DNA of 56,588 nucleotides from Candidatus Micrarchaeota archaeon (GTDB lineage Archaea; Micrarchaeota; Micrarchaeia; Anstonellales; Bilamarchaeaceae). The position numbers were made by a program, and so were the translations under genes. The DNA lies in contig WJMN01000054.1 of NCBI GenBank assembly GCA_014727925.1, positions 1 through 56,588 of the forward strand, in the 5' to 3' direction. The notes under the pieces are model-generated. The model was not told where the DNA came from, ran no database searches, and saw nothing but the letters and a program-made list of their open reading frames with translations. This document shows, in pieces, positions 35,648 through 45,542 of this stretch (position 1 is its first letter; each line of letters starts with the position of its first letter).

Positions 35648-37036
35648 ATGCCCGGAACTGATGATGTTTTTGAATATATCACATCAAACAACATAAGGTG
35701 GGTGGACCTCCAGTTTTTTGATGTGGAAGGAAGGCTCAATAAGACAACCCTGAACGCAAGGGAGCTCAATACCTCCTCATTTTCCCGTGGAATATACTGC
35801 GGAGACTTGAAGGAAGTTTTTGGATGGTCTGAAGAAGGGGAGCTGGTTTTGATGCCCGATGCCAACACTTTTGGTAGGGTCCCCTGGGAGCCAAGCACAA
35901 TGAGGATGATTTGCGATGTAATGGTTAGCCCGGGCAAGGAGCGTTTTCTTAAGGACCCCCGCTACGTAACCGAGCGGGCCTCAGTAAATGCAGGGGCGAT
36001 GGGATTTACAGACATTACGTCTTCCTCAGAACTTGATTTTTATGTTTTTGACAACGTAACTGTTGACAAGATGACGCCCCAGAGGGGCCCCAACTGCCTT
36101 ATAGAGTCGAGGGAAGCGCCCTGGTCTCCCTCCCCGCTCTGGAACACAAAGAACGGCGCATACTTCTCCCAGCCATTTGATACACTTTACAGCGCAAGGA
36201 CCCAGGTTTCAGAAGTTGTTGAAGACAATTTCCGCTACATAGTGACCAAGCATTACCATGGAAGGTCCACGAGCGGCCAGCAGACTATTTCCGTTGCCCC
36301 GCTTCCCCTGGGGGTCTGCTCCGATGCAATCCAGACAGTTAAATTTGCAGTAAAGAACCTTGCATTCATTGCCAACTCCCTGGCTACCTTCATGCCCTTT
36401 CCAGTTCTTGGAGAGAGGGGAAACCAGCTGCTCTCAGGATTTACCTTCTGGAAAAAAGATGAAAACGTGTTCTATGATTCAACTGATGATTATGCCCAGA
36501 TAAGCCAGACTGCCCGCTATTTTGTAGGTGGCCTCCTTGACCATGCAGAAGCCCTGACCATTTTCACCTGCCCCAACCCGAATTCATACAAGCGCCTTGC
36601 TGCAGACCCCCGCCACATCTCCTGGGGGAAGCGCAACTCCTCAGCACTTATCCGCGTTGAGAACGAAATCCGTAATGACCGCAAGGGAAAGAAGGTGGTC
36701 TTCAACCTTTCTGACCCCTCTACAAACCCACACATAGCCCTTGGGGTGGTGGTTGCTGCAGGCCTTGATGGGATAAAGAACAAAACAGAACCAGGCGACC
36801 CGATAGACTCAAACATGGGAGACATGGACACCGATGAGCTGAAGAAAGCTGGGGCAAGCCAGGTCCCTTCAACTATTCTAGAAGCAATCTCTGCACTGGA
36901 AAGCGACAACAAGTTCCTAAAGGGAACCCTCTCATCTGATATTCTGGAGAGTTACCTAGAAGACAAGATTGAGGAGCACCGGGAGCAGAGCACCCGCCCG
37001 ACTTCCTACGAGTTTGAGAAGTACTTTAACTTATAG
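35648..37036 (+). CDS. Glutamine synthetase type I homolog with degenerate active site (probable pseudoenzyme)
   Basis: GS scaffold present (VDLQFFD, L.PD..T, VPW, KDPR, FMP, NSYKRL, DPS.NP, C-terminal helix) but most metal and substrate ligands are substituted; intact frame. Confidence 0.85.
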   Translation: MPGTDDVFEYITSNNIRWVDLQFFDVEGRLNKTTLNARELNTSSFSRGIYCGDLKEVFGWSEEGELVLMPDANTFGRVPWEPSTMRMICDVMVSPGKERFLKDPRYVTERASVNAGAMGFTDITSSSELDFYVFDNVTVDKMTPQRGPNCLIESREAPWSPSPLWNTKNGAYFSQPFDTLYSARTQVSEVVEDNFRYIVTKHYHGRSTSGQQTISVAPLPLGVCSDAIQTVKFAVKNLAFIANSLATFMPFPVLGERGNQLLSGFTFWKKDENVFYDSTDDYAQISQTARYFVGGLLDHAEALTIFTCPNPNSYKRLAADPRHISWGKRNSSALIRVENEIRNDRKGKKVVFNLSDPSTNPHIALGVVVAAGLDGIKNKTEPGDPIDSNMGDMDTDELKKAGASQVPSTILEAISALESDNKFLKGTLSSDILESYLEDKIEEHREQSTRPTSYEFEKYFNL

Positions 37037-37044
37037 AGATTTCC

Positions 37045-37551
37045 ATGAGCACGAAGATAGTGGCAGCAGCCGCATTATTGGTGCTTTTTTCCTTAGGCCT
37101 TGCCTTCCAGGGTGCGCCTGAGCCCACCCTCCTTCTCTGTGCAGCCAGCATAGTGCTCGGCTTTGCCCTTCCGGATTTGGACCGCCTCCTCTTCCCGCTC
37201 TGGAAGCATTTGAGAATAGTAATGCTGCTCATAGCCGGGTTGGTTTTCGCCTACGTTTTCCTGATGGCCCCAACCGCATGCTATTATTTCAATTTCCCAC
37301 ACTGTGTGGTGTTTCTCAGGATTCTCCTGGGGCTCCTCGTTGCCCTTATCTTTGCATTTGATTTCCTCAACCCCTCCCGCGCCCCGTTCCACACGATGGT
37401 TGCCCTCCTGTTCTCTGTTCTTGCCTATTCAATCCTTCTCACCTACCTGGGCCAGGCAGAAAATGTTCTTGTGGCCACTGGGGCATTTGCTGCAGCCTAT
37501 GCCCTTCACTATTTCCTAGAATCAGCGAATGTGGACCGCTCCCGCCTATGA
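37045..37551 (+). CDS. Membrane protein, YdjM/metal-dependent hydrolase-like
   Basis: Hydrophobic; LPDLD motif and a partial (S)RAPFHT motif. Confidence 0.45.
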   Translation: MSTKIVAAAALLVLFSLGLAFQGAPEPTLLLCAASIVLGFALPDLDRLLFPLWKHLRIVMLLIAGLVFAYVFLMAPTACYYFNFPHCVVFLRILLGLLVALIFAFDFLNPSRAPFHTMVALLFSVLAYSILLTYLGQAENVLVATGAFAAAYALHYFLESANVDRSRL

Positions 37552-37651
37552 CAAAACCCGGCAAAAACACCATTAAAGAACTTTTATAAATATTACTAAT
37601 CACTATTCATTCCACAAATTTTGCAAACTCTAAAAACGGAGTGTGAAAACT

Positions 37652-39295
37652 ATGGGAAAAGTAAGTAGTGGAGAAGTAATGCCCGAAGGTTCAAACCGGG
37701 TAATTGGAAGAGATGCGATGCGCATAAACATCGCAATTGGATATGCGGTTGCAAACATCATAAAGACCACCCTCGGTCCAAAGGGCATGGACAAGATGCT
37801 CGTTTCCGAGCTTGGTGATATCGTAATTACAAATGATGGCGCAACCATCCTTGAAGAGATGAACGTTGACCACCCTGCAGCAAAGCTGATGGTGGAAATC
37901 GCAAAAACTCAGGACAAGGAAGTGGGCGATGGTACCACAACCTCTGTTGTTGTTGCAGGTAACCTCCTAAAGAAGGCAGGCGATCTCCTAGACCAGTCCA
38001 TCCACCCCACGACTATAATCAAGGGATACGAGCTTGCAGCCACAAAGGCCGAGGAACTACTTGCAAAGCTTGGCAAGGACGTAACTCCTGAAAACAAGGA
38101 AATCCTTAACAAGATTGCTCTTGTTTCCATGGGCTCAAAAGGAATCGGCAGCGATGCTGAGAAGAAGATGATTTCCGAGCTTGTAGTTGATTCCATCGGC
38201 AAGGTTGCCGAGGACCACAGTGGGGAGTATTACGTGGATACCGACCTGATAAAGATTGAAAAGAAGGCCGGAGGAGACGTGATGGACACCGAGCTCATCA
38301 ATGGAGTCCTTATAGACAAGGAAATCGTGAATGCGGGCATGCCCAAGGAGATCAAGGATGCAAGAATTGCCCTTGTGGATGCAGCCCTTGAAATTGAGAA
38401 AACCGAAACCGATGCAAAAATTGAGATTAATTCCCCCGACCAGCTCGAAGCCTACCTCAAGCAGGAGGAAAAGATGCTCAAAGAAATGGTTTCCAAGATA
38501 AAGGAATCCGGCGCAACAATCCTCTTTTGCCAGAAGGGAATTGACGATGTTGCCCAGCACTTCCTTGCAAAGGAAGGCATCTCTGCAGTGCGCAGGGTAA
38601 AGAAATCCGACATGGAGAAGCTGGCCCGTGCAACAGGCGCAAAGGTTACCTCAAGCATCTCAGAGCTTTCCGAATCAGACCTTGGCTCTGCAGGAATTGT
38701 TGCAGAGAAAAAGGTTTCCGGCGAGGCAATGGTTTTTGTGCGTGAGTGCGCACACCCCAAGTCCGTTACCATACTCGTGCGCGGAGGCACCGACCATGTA
38801 GTTTCTGAGGTTGAGCGTGCAATAAAGGACTCTCTTGGTGCAGTTTCAAGCACGGTTGAAGTAGGGAAGTATGTAACAGGGGGCGGAAGCATCGAGATGG
38901 CTCTCTCCACATCCCTTAATGACTATGCAGTTGAGATAGGCGGAAGAGAGCAGCTTGCAATCCAGTCCTTTGCAGAGTCTCTGGAGTCAATCCCAAAAAC
39001 TCTTGCAGAGAATGCAGGAATGGATTCCATAGATGCCCTTGTTTCACTCAGAAACAAGCACAAGGATGGCCAGGGTGAAGGCTTTGGGGTAAATGTGCTC
39101 AAGGGAGAGATCTCTGACATGGCTGAGCTTGGGATACTCGAGCCCGCAAAGGTGAAAACCCAGGCACTTTCTTCTGCCACCGAAACCACCCGCCTCGTCC
39201 TCAGGATTGACGATATTATCGCATCCAAGGGAGGAAAAGGCGGTGGTGAGGGCATGCCCCCCGGTGGAATGCCCCCCGGTGGAATGCCAATGTAA
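37652..39295 (+). CDS. Thermosome (group II chaperonin) subunit
   Basis: [36 protein letters not shown]; C-terminal GMPPG repeats; TTTTATAAAT promoter upstream. Confidence 0.98.
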   Translation: MGKVSSGEVMPEGSNRVIGRDAMRINIAIGYAVANIIKTTLGPKGMDKMLVSELGDIVITNDGATILEEMNVDHPAAKLMVEIAKTQDKEVGDGTTTSVVVAGNLLKKAGDLLDQSIHPTTIIKGYELAATKAEELLAKLGKDVTPENKEILNKIALVSMGSKGIGSDAEKKMISELVVDSIGKVAEDHSGEYYVDTDLIKIEKKAGGDVMDTELINGVLIDKEIVNAGMPKEIKDARIALVDAALEIEKTETDAKIEINSPDQLEAYLKQEEKMLKEMVSKIKESGATILFCQKGIDDVAQHFLAKEGISAVRRVKKSDMEKLARATGAKVTSSISELSESDLGSAGIVAEKKVSGEAMVFVRECAHPKSVTILVRGGTDHVVSEVERAIKDSLGAVSSTVEVGKYVTGGGSIEMALSTSLNDYAVEIGGREQLAIQSFAESLESIPKTLAENAGMDSIDALVSLRNKHKDGQGEGFGVNVLKGEISDMAELGILEPAKVKTQALSSATETTRLVLRIDDIIASKGGKGGGEGMPPGGMPPGGMPM

Positions 39296-39299
39296 TAAC

Positions 39300-39330
39300 T
39301 TCCTTTTTTTTCTTTTTTTACATTTTCTTT
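39300..39330 (+). terminator. Oligo-T archaeal terminator after thermosome
   Basis: TCCTTTTTTTTCTTTTTTTACATTTTCTTT immediately after the stop. Confidence 0.65.
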
Positions 39331-39388
39331 CTGAATTCCGACATCGGATATCACAACTGTAATAAATCTTGGCCTGGATTTTTTGGTT

Positions 39389-39498
39389 ATGTGCCTTTCC
39401 TGTTTTCCGGATGCAGATGAATGCAGGTCCAGTTTCCTGGTTTTTTCCCAGGCCGAGCCCCATCTGCAATCGCATCCTTTTTTTGCAGCAGGGCACAT
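39389..39498 (+). other. ~110-nt long imperfect hairpin (structured leader or ncRNA candidate)
   Basis: Nested stems ATGTGCCTT/AGGGCACAT, GGATGC/GCATCC, AGATG/CATCT, CCTGG/CCAGG; TATA-like TAATAAAT at 39360-39367. Confidence 0.45.
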
Positions 39499-39507
39499 TA
39501 ATCGGAG

Positions 39508-42500
39508 ATGTGCATTATGAATGAAAAGACAATAACCTATGCCAGGGCATTTTTGTTTCTTTTTGTGTTTTCCTCGCTGTTTCTTTGTCCTGTTTATGGA
39601 GCAGATGTTGATGTTAGCAAGCCAGTACAGCTGACTTTCAACGACAGCTACGAAAGGAACCCGACTGCATTCATGGATGATTCGGGAAGATACTGGGTTT
39701 TCTATGCCAGGGGAGATACATGCACACAGCGGAACGGTTGCGACCCTGACAACGATGCCTACATGATATATTACAAATATTCAGATGACGGAGGAACAAC
39801 TTGGTCTCCCCCGGTTCTCCTAAACAAGGCCCGCCCAACAAACTTTAACCAAAGAGACCTTTCCGCCTTTGAAGATGAGAGCGGCACAATCTGGGTTTTT
39901 GCAAGCTCTGGAGACAGCGGAACCTGCAGGGCACTTTTCTATTACACCACTGATGATGGTGGCGCTACTTGGTCTGATGCTGCAGGGGTAGCCCTTGAGG
40001 GAATTGCCAACGACAGCAATTGCGCCCCTGTTTCCGGAACCAGGATGGGCCATTCCCACCTCTTTTATTCAAATGGCCTTATCCACCTTGTCTACCAGAG
40101 CTCAGGAGGCTCAAAAATATACTACAGCTCAAGCAACGATTCTGGGGCAAACTGGTCTGCCCCCATTGAGGTCTATTCCTCCGGGCATTATGTCCCAAAA
40201 ATACTTGAAAGCTCTGGCCAGCTATACATCGTAACCGCAAAAGGAGCAGACGGCCAGATATGGCTTGCCAACTCTTCTGATGATGGGGCCACATGGAGCA
40301 CAAAGCAGATTGCAGGCAGCAACAGCGCCTGGGGGGACTGGGACCCAACAATTTCAAGACTTCCCGACTCAAAACTTCTGGTTGTCTGGGCCCCGAATAT
40401 AGGCTCTGACGGCCAGCAGCTAAAGCAGGTATACTCTTCTGATGATGGGGCCACCTGGTCTGATGCCCGTGACATTACCGCAGGAAGGTATGGAAGCGCT
40501 GAATGGTGGGACTACTGGCCGGACATTCTCCCCGGAACCAACAACTATTTCTTCTTCAGTTCAGAGCACGACAGTACCGGAACCGCATACGGAAGCGGAA
40601 ACATATGGATGTATGATTTTGACTGGGATATGGATCATAGCCACTACGATACCATAACCGGTGCAATTGGAAATGCCACAGATGGCTCAACAATAGAAGT
40701 TGCCGCGGGCAATTACAGCGAGGCGCTTCTCATCAATGGATTCAATGGCCTCACAATAAACGGCTCCCCAGGAACCATTGTCACTGGAGGGGCAAGCATG
40801 GATACAAGCTTCGGGGCAAGGGACTGCGTGGTCCTTGTAAACAGCTCTTTCGATGTACTCCTTGGCCAGCTGGATATTGAAGGTAGGAACCTAGGAAGCA
40901 TGCAGGGTGGCACAAACGAAAAAAGCTATGCTGTGGTTTATGATGCTTCCAGCGGGGAAATAAGTGATTCAATAGTGTCCCCAAATAATCTTGGGGACCC
41001 AGATGCAACCGGAATCGCATTGTGGTTGGATTCAAACCTTACAGTAAATAATTCAGTTATAAAAAAGTACGGGAGGGTAGGCATTTTCGGCTACTCCTGG
41101 GACATCAACTGCTCTGCAAAAATATACGACAGTATACTTGAAGGCCCTGCATACCCGGGCACAAACGACAGCCTACTCTCATATGGAATAGAAAGCGAGA
41201 GCCTGCTTGCTACCTGCTCCTTTGAAATAATTGGAAATGATATATACAACCACTACAATGGCCCAGGGGGCTATGGCCAGTGGGGCTCCGCAGGCATTGC
41301 AATAGATGGTTATGATGAATCATATGCAATGGACCTTGAGGATTCTATTGTTGTTATTGAGCAAAACAACATCTACGATAATGAAGAGGGAATCGCCGTT
41401 GCCACCAACAATCTTTCTTATGCCCGCAATAACAATATCTATGATAACCTTCTGCACGGGGCAATAAGCATAAACATCTCTGCCGCCCCCTATGTGAAGG
41501 TTTTCAATGCCACCGGTAACTATTGGGGGGCCCCGGATGGCCCAAATGGAACTACAAATACCGGTTTAGGAGACAGGTTTACGGATGCAGTTGATGTCTG
41601 CCCGTTTCTGGATGCAAACTATCCAGGCGGAAATCCCTCCACCTGCCATATAGATGCTGCCTGCCGGGTTGTGAAAACAGTTTCGGACTATTTCCCTGAG
41701 ACCGGAGACAACATTACATTTATCCTAAACATTTCCAATACCGGAAGGGCCAACCTTACAATTTATGCAAACGACACTCTCCCTGCCGCTCTGCAGTTCC
41801 TGCAGGCTTCCCCTGCAAACACATCTTCCCAGAACAATACTGTATTCTGGGATGCAATATTCACCAGTCTCTCCCCCGGAGAGTCCCGCCTTATAGAATA
41901 CAATGCCACAGTGCTCTCGACAGAGAAAATGAGGAACACTGCAGAGATAACAGGAGTTCCGGATTCAGGGGATAATGCCACCGCAATGGATTCTGTGCTG
42001 CTCTGGAACACACCCTCATCAGGTGGAAGCGAGCCGGATGAAGAGCTTAGTGCAGAATGGAACCTCCTCTGCCCTGAGAACATTATTGAATTTTCCCTAG
42101 AAAGTGCAGGAGAAGAGATCCCTAATGCAGAGGTACATTTCCAGCACAAAGTTAGCACAGCATACCTGACCATAGAGACAAAGGACACTGATTCCGAAGG
42201 AAAAGCACAGTTTAGTATTTTCAAAGCAGGAACCTACAGGATTCTCGCCTCCAAATCAGGATATGAGGATTTGCGTGAAACCTTCAGCACCAGTATGTGC
42301 CCTGGATGTTCTGCGGATTCCGACTGCCCGGAAGGGCATATTTGCGAGCAAAGCGCCTGCATCCCCCCTGAATGCACTGATGATGCAGATTGCCCGGAAG
42401 TGCAGGTATGCAAAAACTGGACATGTATTGAAGCACCCCAATGCATATCCGATGCAGATTGCGGCGACCTCTGCCTTGTCTGCTCGAATTCAGGAACCTG

Positions 42501-42876
42501 CATCTTCAAGAACGAATGCACCAGCGATTCCGACTGCCCAGAAGGAGACTCCTGCATAGATTGCATTTGCACTGCATCCGCCCAGGCTGATGAGGAGTAT
42601 GGGGATGAAGATCAGGGCACTCAGGAAACATCCGGACAGGCAGCCACAACCGGAGAAGAAAAAGAAGTTCCGCAGGATCAGGAAGCAGGTCTACAAGAAG
42701 AATTCAAGGAAACCCTACAGCCCAATGCAGGGGCAGAGGGGAGTGAGCAGGAGCCTTTCCTTTCAATTTTATCAAGGCCCCTAGAATGCCTGCCCTGGGC
42801 GATTTTGCTATTGCTCTTTGCAGCAGCTGTTTATTATTTTCTGCAAAAGTCCAGGCAAAGCAATAAGAGAGAGTAG
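39508..42876 (+). CDS. Multidomain surface protein: BNR/Asp-box propeller, beta-helix, DUF11-like Ig domain, Cys-rich repeats, C-terminal anchor
   Basis: Signal peptide; five SxDxGxTWS-type repeats; IEQNNIYDN/ARNNNIYDN beta-helix; VVKTV...GDNITF.L...NTG; C..D.DCP.G..C repeats; TM + basic tail. Confidence 0.85.
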   Translation: MCIMNEKTITYARAFLFLFVFSSLFLCPVYGADVDVSKPVQLTFNDSYERNPTAFMDDSGRYWVFYARGDTCTQRNGCDPDNDAYMIYYKYSDDGGTTWSPPVLLNKARPTNFNQRDLSAFEDESGTIWVFASSGDSGTCRALFYYTTDDGGATWSDAAGVALEGIANDSNCAPVSGTRMGHSHLFYSNGLIHLVYQSSGGSKIYYSSSNDSGANWSAPIEVYSSGHYVPKILESSGQLYIVTAKGADGQIWLANSSDDGATWSTKQIAGSNSAWGDWDPTISRLPDSKLLVVWAPNIGSDGQQLKQVYSSDDGATWSDARDITAGRYGSAEWWDYWPDILPGTNNYFFFSSEHDSTGTAYGSGNIWMYDFDWDMDHSHYDTITGAIGNATDGSTIEVAAGNYSEALLINGFNGLTINGSPGTIVTGGASMDTSFGARDCVVLVNSSFDVLLGQLDIEGRNLGSMQGGTNEKSYAVVYDASSGEISDSIVSPNNLGDPDATGIALWLDSNLTVNNSVIKKYGRVGIFGYSWDINCSAKIYDSILEGPAYPGTNDSLLSYGIESESLLATCSFEIIGNDIYNHYNGPGGYGQWGSAGIAIDGYDESYAMDLEDSIVVIEQNNIYDNEEGIAVATNNLSYARNNNIYDNLLHGAISINISAAPYVKVFNATGNYWGAPDGPNGTTNTGLGDRFTDAVDVCPFLDANYPGGNPSTCHIDAACRVVKTVSDYFPETGDNITFILNISNTGRANLTIYANDTLPAALQFLQASPANTSSQNNTVFWDAIFTSLSPGESRLIEYNATVLSTEKMRNTAEITGVPDSGDNATAMDSVLLWNTPSSGGSEPDEELSAEWNLLCPENIIEFSLESAGEEIPNAEVHFQHKVSTAYLTIETKDTDSEGKAQFSIFKAGTYRILASKSGYEDLRETFSTSMCPGCSADSDCPEGHICEQSACIPPECTDDADCPEVQVCKNWTCIEAPQCISDADCGDLCLVCSNSGTCIFKNECTSDSDCPEGDSCIDCICTASAQADEEYGDEDQGTQETSGQAATTGEEKEVPQDQEAGLQEEFKETLQPNAGAEGSEQEPFLSILSRPLECLPWAILLLLFAAAVYYFLQKSRQSNKRE

Positions 42877-42929
42877 GGGAGTTCTCCTTCCAAACCCCTT
42901 TAAATTATTCACCTCCACTAACTACTCTG

Positions 42930-43844
42930 ATGCTTTCTACTGAACTGGCAGGAATAAAGCTGCCGAACCCCACGGTGCTTGCTTCCGGGATTCTTGGGGT
43001 TACAGGTTCCTCTCTTACCCGCGTTTCAAAAGCAGGCGCAGGCGCAGTAACCACCAAGTCCATTTCCCTTAAAGAACGCAAGGGCCACCCAACCCCTGTA
43101 ATTGCTACCTATGCCCATGGCATGGCAAATGCGGTCGGCCTGTCTAATGCAGGGGCAGAAGAAACCCTTTTGGAAATAGGATATGCAGTTAAGAATTCCC
43201 CCTCCCCGGTCATCGCCTCAATTTTTGCCTCCACCATAACGGAGTTCGGAAAGGTTGCAGAAGCAGTTTCAAAAGCCAAGCCACACCTAATTGAAGTGAA
43301 CATCTCTTGCCCTAATGTGGATGATGAGTTCGGACGCCCCTTTGCATGCGATCCGGGCATAGCAGCCGTAGTAACAAAAAAAGTAAAGAAATCCACTTCA
43401 ATTCCGATACTTGTAAAGCTCTCCCCCAATGTTCCCAGCATCGCTCCAATCGCCGAAGCGGTGGCCAAGGAAGGCGCAGATGGCATAACCGCGATAAATA
43501 CAGTTGGTCCGGGCATGCTGATAAATGTTGAGGCCGCCCGCCCGGTGCTTTCAAACAGGGTTGGGGGGATTTCCGGGCCTGCAATCAAGCCTCTCGCTCT
43601 GAAATGCATATACGATATTTACAAGTCCACAAAACTCCCGATAATAGGCACAGGAGGGGTGACTACCGGAAGGGATGCAGTTGAGATGATTATGGCTGGT
43701 GCCAGCGCAACCGGAATCGGCACAGGAGTCTATTACCGTGGCATTGAAATTTTCTCAAAAGTTTCAGAAGAAATCCAGGGCCTGATGGACAAGGAAGGAT
43801 ATAATTCCATAGAGGAAATGCGGGGTGTTGCCCATGAAGAATGA
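42930..43844 (+). CDS. pyrD: Dihydroorotate dehydrogenase 1B catalytic subunit
   Basis: NPTVLASG, TTKS, NAVGLSN, EVNISCPN, VKLSPN, TAINT, GGISG.AIKP. Confidence 0.95.
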   Translation: MLSTELAGIKLPNPTVLASGILGVTGSSLTRVSKAGAGAVTTKSISLKERKGHPTPVIATYAHGMANAVGLSNAGAEETLLEIGYAVKNSPSPVIASIFASTITEFGKVAEAVSKAKPHLIEVNISCPNVDDEFGRPFACDPGIAAVVTKKVKKSTSIPILVKLSPNVPSIAPIAEAVAKEGADGITAINTVGPGMLINVEAARPVLSNRVGGISGPAIKPLALKCIYDIYKSTKLPIIGTGGVTTGRDAVEMIMAGASATGIGTGVYYRGIEIFSKVSEEIQGLMDKEGYNSIEEMRGVAHEE

Positions 43845-44634
43845 TGAGTTCATAGTAGTAAGGCTAGAAGGGGTGCATAAGGAATCTGAAGACACCACCA
43901 CCCTCACTATTCCATACGACCTAAACTCCAAGCCAGGGCAGTTCGTAATGCTCTGGCTCCCAGGAAAGGGCGAAAAGCCCATCTCAATTTCTGGAGAGAA
44001 AGACGGAAAGTTCCAGATAACTATTTGTGCCATTGGCTCATTTTCAGAAGCGGTTTCCAAGCTCAGGAAAGGAGACAAAATTGGTTTCCGGGGGCCTTTT
44101 GGAACCCACTACACAATTCCAAAGGAGTCCACTTCCCTTGCAATGGTCGGGGGAGGATACGGCTCAGCCCCCCTTGCCTATCTTGCAGAGCAGGCGGCCC
44201 TTGGGGGAAAAAAAGTTTATTTCATAGAAGGCGCCCGCACAAAGTCCCGCCTGCTATTCTCAGAGCGCATGAAAATTTCAGGTGCAGTACTGCTTACTTG
44301 CACTGATGATGGAAGCGAGGGGCCAAAATGCTATTCTCCGGATGTGCTAAAAGACCTGCTGGAAAATCACAAAATCGACAAGGTTTTTAGCTGCGGCCCG
44401 GAAATAATGATGAAGAGAGTAGTTGAGATTTCCCAGAATGCCGGAATCCCCAGCGAGATAAGCATGGAAAGATACATGAAATGTGGCATAGGCGTCTGCG
44501 GCCAGTGCTGTGTTGATGAGCTTGGCCTGTGCATGTGCAAAGAAGGTCCAATAATCTCCGGGGAACTCGCCCTGAAGATAAGGGAATTCGGCAGCTATAC
44601 CCGGGGTTCCACAGGAAAGAAATCAGAATTGTGA
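43834..44634 (+). CDS. pyrK: Dihydroorotate dehydrogenase electron transfer subunit
   Basis: PGQFVMLW, RGPFG, GGGYGSAP, TDDGS, CGPE.MM, SMERYMKCGIGVCGQC. Confidence 0.93.
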   Translation: MKNDEFIVVRLEGVHKESEDTTTLTIPYDLNSKPGQFVMLWLPGKGEKPISISGEKDGKFQITICAIGSFSEAVSKLRKGDKIGFRGPFGTHYTIPKESTSLAMVGGGYGSAPLAYLAEQAALGGKKVYFIEGARTKSRLLFSERMKISGAVLLTCTDDGSEGPKCYSPDVLKDLLENHKIDKVFSCGPEIMMKRVVEISQNAGIPSEISMERYMKCGIGVCGQCCVDELGLCMCKEGPIISGELALKIREFGSYTRGSTGKKSEL

Positions 44635-44639
44635 TTAGC

Positions 44640-45542
44640 ATGGAAGAATACAATACTGTAATAATAGGTGCAGGCCCTGCAGGGCTTTCTGCAGCAATTT
44701 ATGCCTCAAGGGCAGGAAGAAAGACCCTGCTTCTGGACAAAGCCACTCCCGGGGGGCAGATTTACCTTAGCTCCATGGTGGAGAATTATCCTGGTGTAAA
44801 ATCCACCAGCGGGCAGGAACTAATCAAGACAATGGTTGCCCAGGCAGAGTCTTTTGGCACCGAAGTTAAGCCCTTTTCAGAAGTCATTGAATCAGACCTC
44901 AAGCAAAAGCAGGTAAAAACAAAGGATTCCCAGTACCATGCAGAAAACATAATAATAGCAACAGGCAACCGCTGGAGGAAGCTGGGGGTGCCGGGCGAGG
45001 ACGATTTGGTCGGCAGGGGGGTAAGCTACTGCGCAACTTGCGACGGCCCATTTTTCAAGGGAAAAAATGTGGCAGTTGTAGGAGGGGGGGATTCCGCAGT
45101 TGAGGAAACTCTCCATCTCACAAATTTTGCTGAAAAGGTCACATTGATACACAGGAGGGACGAACTCCGCGCAGAAAAATACATGCAGGAAAAGGCTTTT
45201 GAAAACGAGAGGATTGAATTCCTCTGGAACAGCGAAGTGCAGAGCATAAACGGCGAGTCGGGGGTTGAGTCCCTTTCCCTGAAAAACAACAAAACAGGAG
45301 AGGAAAGCAGGCTTCCGGTTGCCGGGGTGTTCATTTACATAGGCATGCTCCCAAACACCGAGCTTTTCAGGGACCAACTTGAAACAGATGAGCGCGGTTA
45401 TATCAAAACAACCGAGAAGATGGAAACTGCGCTTTCAGGGGTTTTTGCAGCAGGAGATGCCCGCCATTCCCCAGTCAAGCAGATTACAACTGCAACTGCA
45501 GACGGAACAATCGCCGCAATAGTCTCATCAGGTGGCCACTAA
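44640..45542 (+). CDS. trxB: Thioredoxin reductase
   Basis: IIGAGPAGLSAAIY, ENYPG, GVSYCATCDG, GGGDSA, IHRRDELRA, FAAGD; start moved to ATG 44640. Confidence 0.95.
   Translation: MEEYNTVIIGAGPAGLSAAIYASRAGRKTLLLDKATPGGQIYLSSMVENYPGVKSTSGQELIKTMVAQAESFGTEVKPFSEVIESDLKQKQVKTKDSQYHAENIIIATGNRWRKLGVPGEDDLVGRGVSYCATCDGPFFKGKNVAVVGGGDSAVEETLHLTNFAEKVTLIHRRDELRAEKYMQEKAFENERIEFLWNSEVQSINGESGVESLSLKNNKTGEESRLPVAGVFIYIGMLPNTELFRDQLETDERGYIKTTEKMETALSGVFAAGDARHSPVKQITTATADGTIAAIVSSGGH

Noticed and set aside
35648-37036. Calling the GS homolog a pseudogene
   Set aside because: No frameshifts or internal stops, full length, and substitutions concentrate on catalytic positions rather than the scaffold.
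38923-39498. Cys/Lys-rich minus-strand ORFs
   Set aside because: Run antisense into the thermosome gene and across its terminator; no complete Zn-ribbon pattern.
39389-39498. SRP RNA or H/ACA guide identity for the long hairpin
   Set aside because: No SRP helix-8 motif and far shorter than archaeal 7S RNA; the would-be H/ACA pocket is homopolymeric and no K-turn is evident.
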